Source of the DNA: a bacterium
Lineage (GTDB): Bacteria > UBA8248
Assembly: GCA_965219955.1 (NCBI GenBank)
Contig: OZ244799.1
Coordinates: 512,001 to 576,000, forward strand
DNA length: 64,000 nt
Direction of reading: 5' to 3'
Both the position numbers and the translations under genes were made by a program. How positions within the stretch are numbered: the stretch's first letter is position 1; each line of letters starts with the position of its first letter. Positions 61,315 to 64,000 of this stretch are shown piece by piece. A model generated the notes under the pieces. That model ran no database searches and was not told the origin of the DNA. It saw only the letters and a program-made list of their open reading frames with translations.

Positions 61315-61505
61315 GGGGTTGTTGGTAAGCCCTGTTTCGGGATCGGCGGCAAGGAGGTTCACGCGACGCAGACGTGATGGTTTTGTAGGGACAGGCCTCC
61401 GTGCCTGTCCTGACGAAGGACAACCACGAAGAGTAGGACAGGCACGGAGGCCTGTCCCTACGGCGAACAATCTCGAAGGTCGGACAGGATTTTTCAACAA
61501 CCCCC
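61315..61505. mobile_element. MITE-like element, inverted copy of 9833-10056
   Basis: Its reverse complement matches 9833-10056 almost base for base, without the 33-nt duplication. It starts directly after the hisH TAG. Confidence 0.82.
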
Positions 61506-61649
61506 TGGGGGCGGCCTCTCTTGCGGGCCGTTACGGGCGCGCCTTCGCCCCTTTTCCGCGATAATTTCCCGTAAGCGTTTGCAATAAAACCCGTTTGGGT
61601 TTAATGAGAGGCGCAAGAGAAACGGAAGCTTCATCTCGGGGGTGGCGTT

Positions 61650-62375
61650 TTGCTTCTCATTCCGGCGGTCGATCTCAAGGGCGGCAAATGCGTGCGGCTC
61701 ATCCAGGGCCAGAAAGGGCGCGAGATCGTCTACGGCGACGACCCGGTGGCGTGGGCGCTTCGCTGGGTGGAGCAGGGCGCGCAGCGGCTGCACCTCATCG
61801 ATCTCGACGGCGCCTTTGACGGCGCGCCCGCCCACATCGACGTTCTGGAGCAGGTGGCGGAGGCCGTGGACGTCCCCGTGGAATTCGGCGGCGGCGTGCG
61901 CTCTGAAGATTCTCTCGCGGCCGTCCTGGAGGCGGGGGCGAGCTTCGTCATCCTCGGCACGAGCGCGCTCAGGAACCCGGAGTTCCTCGAGTCCGCCGCC
62001 CGCAAAAATCCCGGCAAAATTCTTTTGGGCATCGACGCCAAAGACGGGGAAGTCAGAATCTCGGGCTGGGAGGAGGGCGATTCGGTGGCGCCCGAATCGC
62101 TCGCGAACCGCTTCGCCCATCTGCCCCTGGCGGGAATCATCTTCACCGACATCAGGCGCGACGGGACGCTTGAGGGCTTCGACCCCGCACCCACCGCCGC
62201 GCTTGCGGAGGCCTGCGGTCTGCCCGTCATCGCCGCGGGCGGCGTGAGCAGGCTCGAGGACGTGGAAAAACTCATTCCCCTGGAAGATGTGGGCGTCATC
62301 GGCGCCGTCGTGGGGCGCGCCCTCTATGAGGGGACCATGGATTTTCCAAAAGCGATGGAGATGCTCTCTTGCTAG
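61650..62375 (+). CDS. hisA: ProFAR isomerase
   Basis: [34 protein letters not shown]. Confidence 0.96.
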   Translation: MLLIPAVDLKGGKCVRLIQGQKGREIVYGDDPVAWALRWVEQGAQRLHLIDLDGAFDGAPAHIDVLEQVAEAVDVPVEFGGGVRSEDSLAAVLEAGASFVILGTSALRNPEFLESAARKNPGKILLGIDAKDGEVRISGWEEGDSVAPESLANRFAHLPLAGIIFTDIRRDGTLEGFDPAPTAALAEACGLPVIAAGGVSRLEDVEKLIPLEDVGVIGAVVGRALYEGTMDFPKAMEMLSC

Positions 62376-63139
62376 CCAAGCGAATCATTCCCTGCCTCGA
62401 CGTGAAGGAAGGCCGCGTGGTGAAGGGCGTGAATTTCGAGGGCCTGCGCGACGCGGGCGACCCCGTGGAGTGCGCCGCGCATTATGACGACATGGGAGCG
62501 GATGAAATCTGTTTTCTGGACATCACGGCTTCGAAGGAGAAGCGCGGCACCCTGCTCGACATGGTGCGGCGCACGGCGGAGCGCGTGTTCGTTCCGCTCA
62601 CCGTCGGCGGCGGCGTGCGCGAGGAGAAAGACGTGCGCGATCTGCTGAGGGCGGGCGCGGACAAGGTGAGCATCAACAGCGCGGCGCTCAGGGACCCGGG
62701 CGTCCTCAAGCGCTCGGCGGAGCGCTACGGAAGCTCCACCATCGTGTGCGCCATCGACGCCAAGCGCGTCGCGGGCGATGCGGATGCGCCCCGGTGGGAG
62801 GCGTTCACGCACGGGGGCTCGCGTCCCACCGGCCAGGACGCCGTGGCCTGGGCGGAGGAGGCGTGTGAACTGGGCGCCGGCGAGATTCTCCTCACCAGCA
62901 TGGACAGGGACGGAACCAAGGACGGGTACGATCTGGCCCTCACGCGCACGATTGCCGAGCGGGTGGGCGTGCCCGTCATCGCCTCGGGCGGCGTGGGGAA
63001 CCTCGAGCATCTCTACGAGGGGCTGGAAGAAGGCTTCGCCGACGCCGTTCTGGCCGCCTCGATATTCCACTTTGGCGATTATTCGGTCGAGGAGGTGAAA
63101 GTCTATCTGCGCGAGCGCGGCGTGGAGGTGAGGCTGTGA
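62369..63139 (+). CDS. hisF: Imidazole glycerol phosphate synthase, cyclase subunit
   Basis: [30 protein letters not shown]. Confidence 0.97.
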   Translation: MLAKRIIPCLDVKEGRVVKGVNFEGLRDAGDPVECAAHYDDMGADEICFLDITASKEKRGTLLDMVRRTAERVFVPLTVGGGVREEKDVRDLLRAGADKVSINSAALRDPGVLKRSAERYGSSTIVCAIDAKRVAGDADAPRWEAFTHGGSRPTGQDAVAWAEEACELGAGEILLTSMDRDGTKDGYDLALTRTIAERVGVPVIASGGVGNLEHLYEGLEEGFADAVLAASIFHFGDYSVEEVKVYLRERGVEVRL

Positions 63140-63810
63140 ACGAAATGGAAATCCCCGAGGTCAAGTGGAACGATCAGGGTCTGGCCCCCGCCATCTGCCA
63201 GGATGCGGGAACGGGGCAGGTCCTGACGCTCGCATGGGTGAACGAGGAATCGCTGCGCCTCACGCTCGAGAAGGGGACCGTCCACTTCTGGTCGCGCTCC
63301 CGGGGGGAGCTCTGGCACAAGGGCGAGACGTCGGGTAATTATCTGCGCCTGGTATCGGCGAGGCTCGATTGCGACGCCGATGCGCTGGTGTTCATCGTGA
63401 GGCCCGACGGGCCTGCCTGCCACACGAACCGGATGTCGTGTTTTTTTCATGAAATCCCCGTGCCCGAGCGGGATGGGGGCGGGGAACCGCTCGAATTCGA
63501 TCAGAACCTGCTCGAATCGGTGTACCGCCTGATTCTCACGAGGAAAGAGGCGGGCGATACGGATTCGAGCTACGTGGCGCGCCTGTTCGCGAAGGGCGAG
63601 GAGCGGGTGCTGGAGAAGATAGACGAAGAGGCCGCCGAGGTCGTCATGGCGATGAAGGAAGACGACGCGGTCGCCATCACGAACGAGGTGGCCGACTTGT
63701 GGTTCCACACCCTGGTGGGGATGGCCGCGCGCGGCGTGCCGCCGGGGCGCGTTTTCGCGGAACTCGCCCGCCGGTTCGGGCGCGGCGGGAGGCCCGAGTC
63801 CGAGAGATAG
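63136..63810 (+). CDS. hisIE: Bifunctional phosphoribosyl-AMP cyclohydrolase / phosphoribosyl-ATP pyrophosphatase
   Basis: [23 protein letters not shown]...SCF, then SSY...KIDEE...EVADLWFH. Confidence 0.96.
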   Translation: MNEMEIPEVKWNDQGLAPAICQDAGTGQVLTLAWVNEESLRLTLEKGTVHFWSRSRGELWHKGETSGNYLRLVSARLDCDADALVFIVRPDGPACHTNRMSCFFHEIPVPERDGGGEPLEFDQNLLESVYRLILTRKEAGDTDSSYVARLFAKGEERVLEKIDEEAAEVVMAMKEDDAVAITNEVADLWFHTLVGMAARGVPPGRVFAELARRFGRGGRPESER

Positions 63811-63875
63811 GGCGTATTCCGCCAAGTCCGGGGCTCTGACATTTATGGCGGCAAGTTTCATTATTTTCATTTTAA

Positions 63876-63904
63876 TTGACAGATCCGTCCCCGGCTCCTA
63901 TATT
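63876..63904 (+). promoter_or_regulatory. Putative sigma70 promoter for a gene beyond the window
   Basis: AT-rich tract then TTGACA-17 nt-TATATT. Confidence 0.55.
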
Positions 63905-64000
63905 GATTCTTAATAATGGGATTATTGCGCAATCCGTGCTTTCGAAGTTTGTAAGCTGTTGAATTTTAAAAAGATGCGGGATGACGAGGGTCGTCCCCCT

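Overview
High-GC bacterial chromosomal window, probably from a Gram-negative organism; gene order and content suggest a Nitrospinota/deltaproteobacteria-like lineage and possibly a marine-invertebrate symbiont (inference only). The right half (about 28.7-63.8 kb) is mostly housekeeping: trpS-ileS-lspA-rluD-like, a thiolase/hydroxyacyl-CoA/acyl-CoA dehydrogenase trio, gcvT-H-P plus a lipoyl ligase, tRNA-Gly(CCC), PHP-WYL-DUF507x2-coaE, and rho-rpmE-prfA-prmC-murA-hisG-D-[IS1380]-B-H-A-F-IE. The left half is accessory. It holds a large repetitive surface protein running off the left edge and catabolic oxidoreductases/hydrolases. It also holds a ~12.4 kb island (7.57-19.96 kb) between two Gfo/Idh/MocA paralogs. 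The island encodes an ERG6/SMT-type sterol C24-methyltransferase, a Neverland/KshA-type Rieske oxygenase, a GPP34(GOLPH3/Vps74)-domain-fused cytochrome P450 with a non-canonical I-helix, an MMPL/RND transporter, a LolA-like protein, a secreted TPR protein and two outer-membrane barrels. No sterol cyclase gene is present in the window. This candidate sterol import/tailoring/export module is the best lead. Many intergenic spaces hold cassettes with a shared terminal inverted repeat (GGGGTTGTTGAAAAA...TTTTTCAACAGCCCC) that enclose several different REP-like palindrome families. All calls come from reading motifs by eye; no database searches were run.
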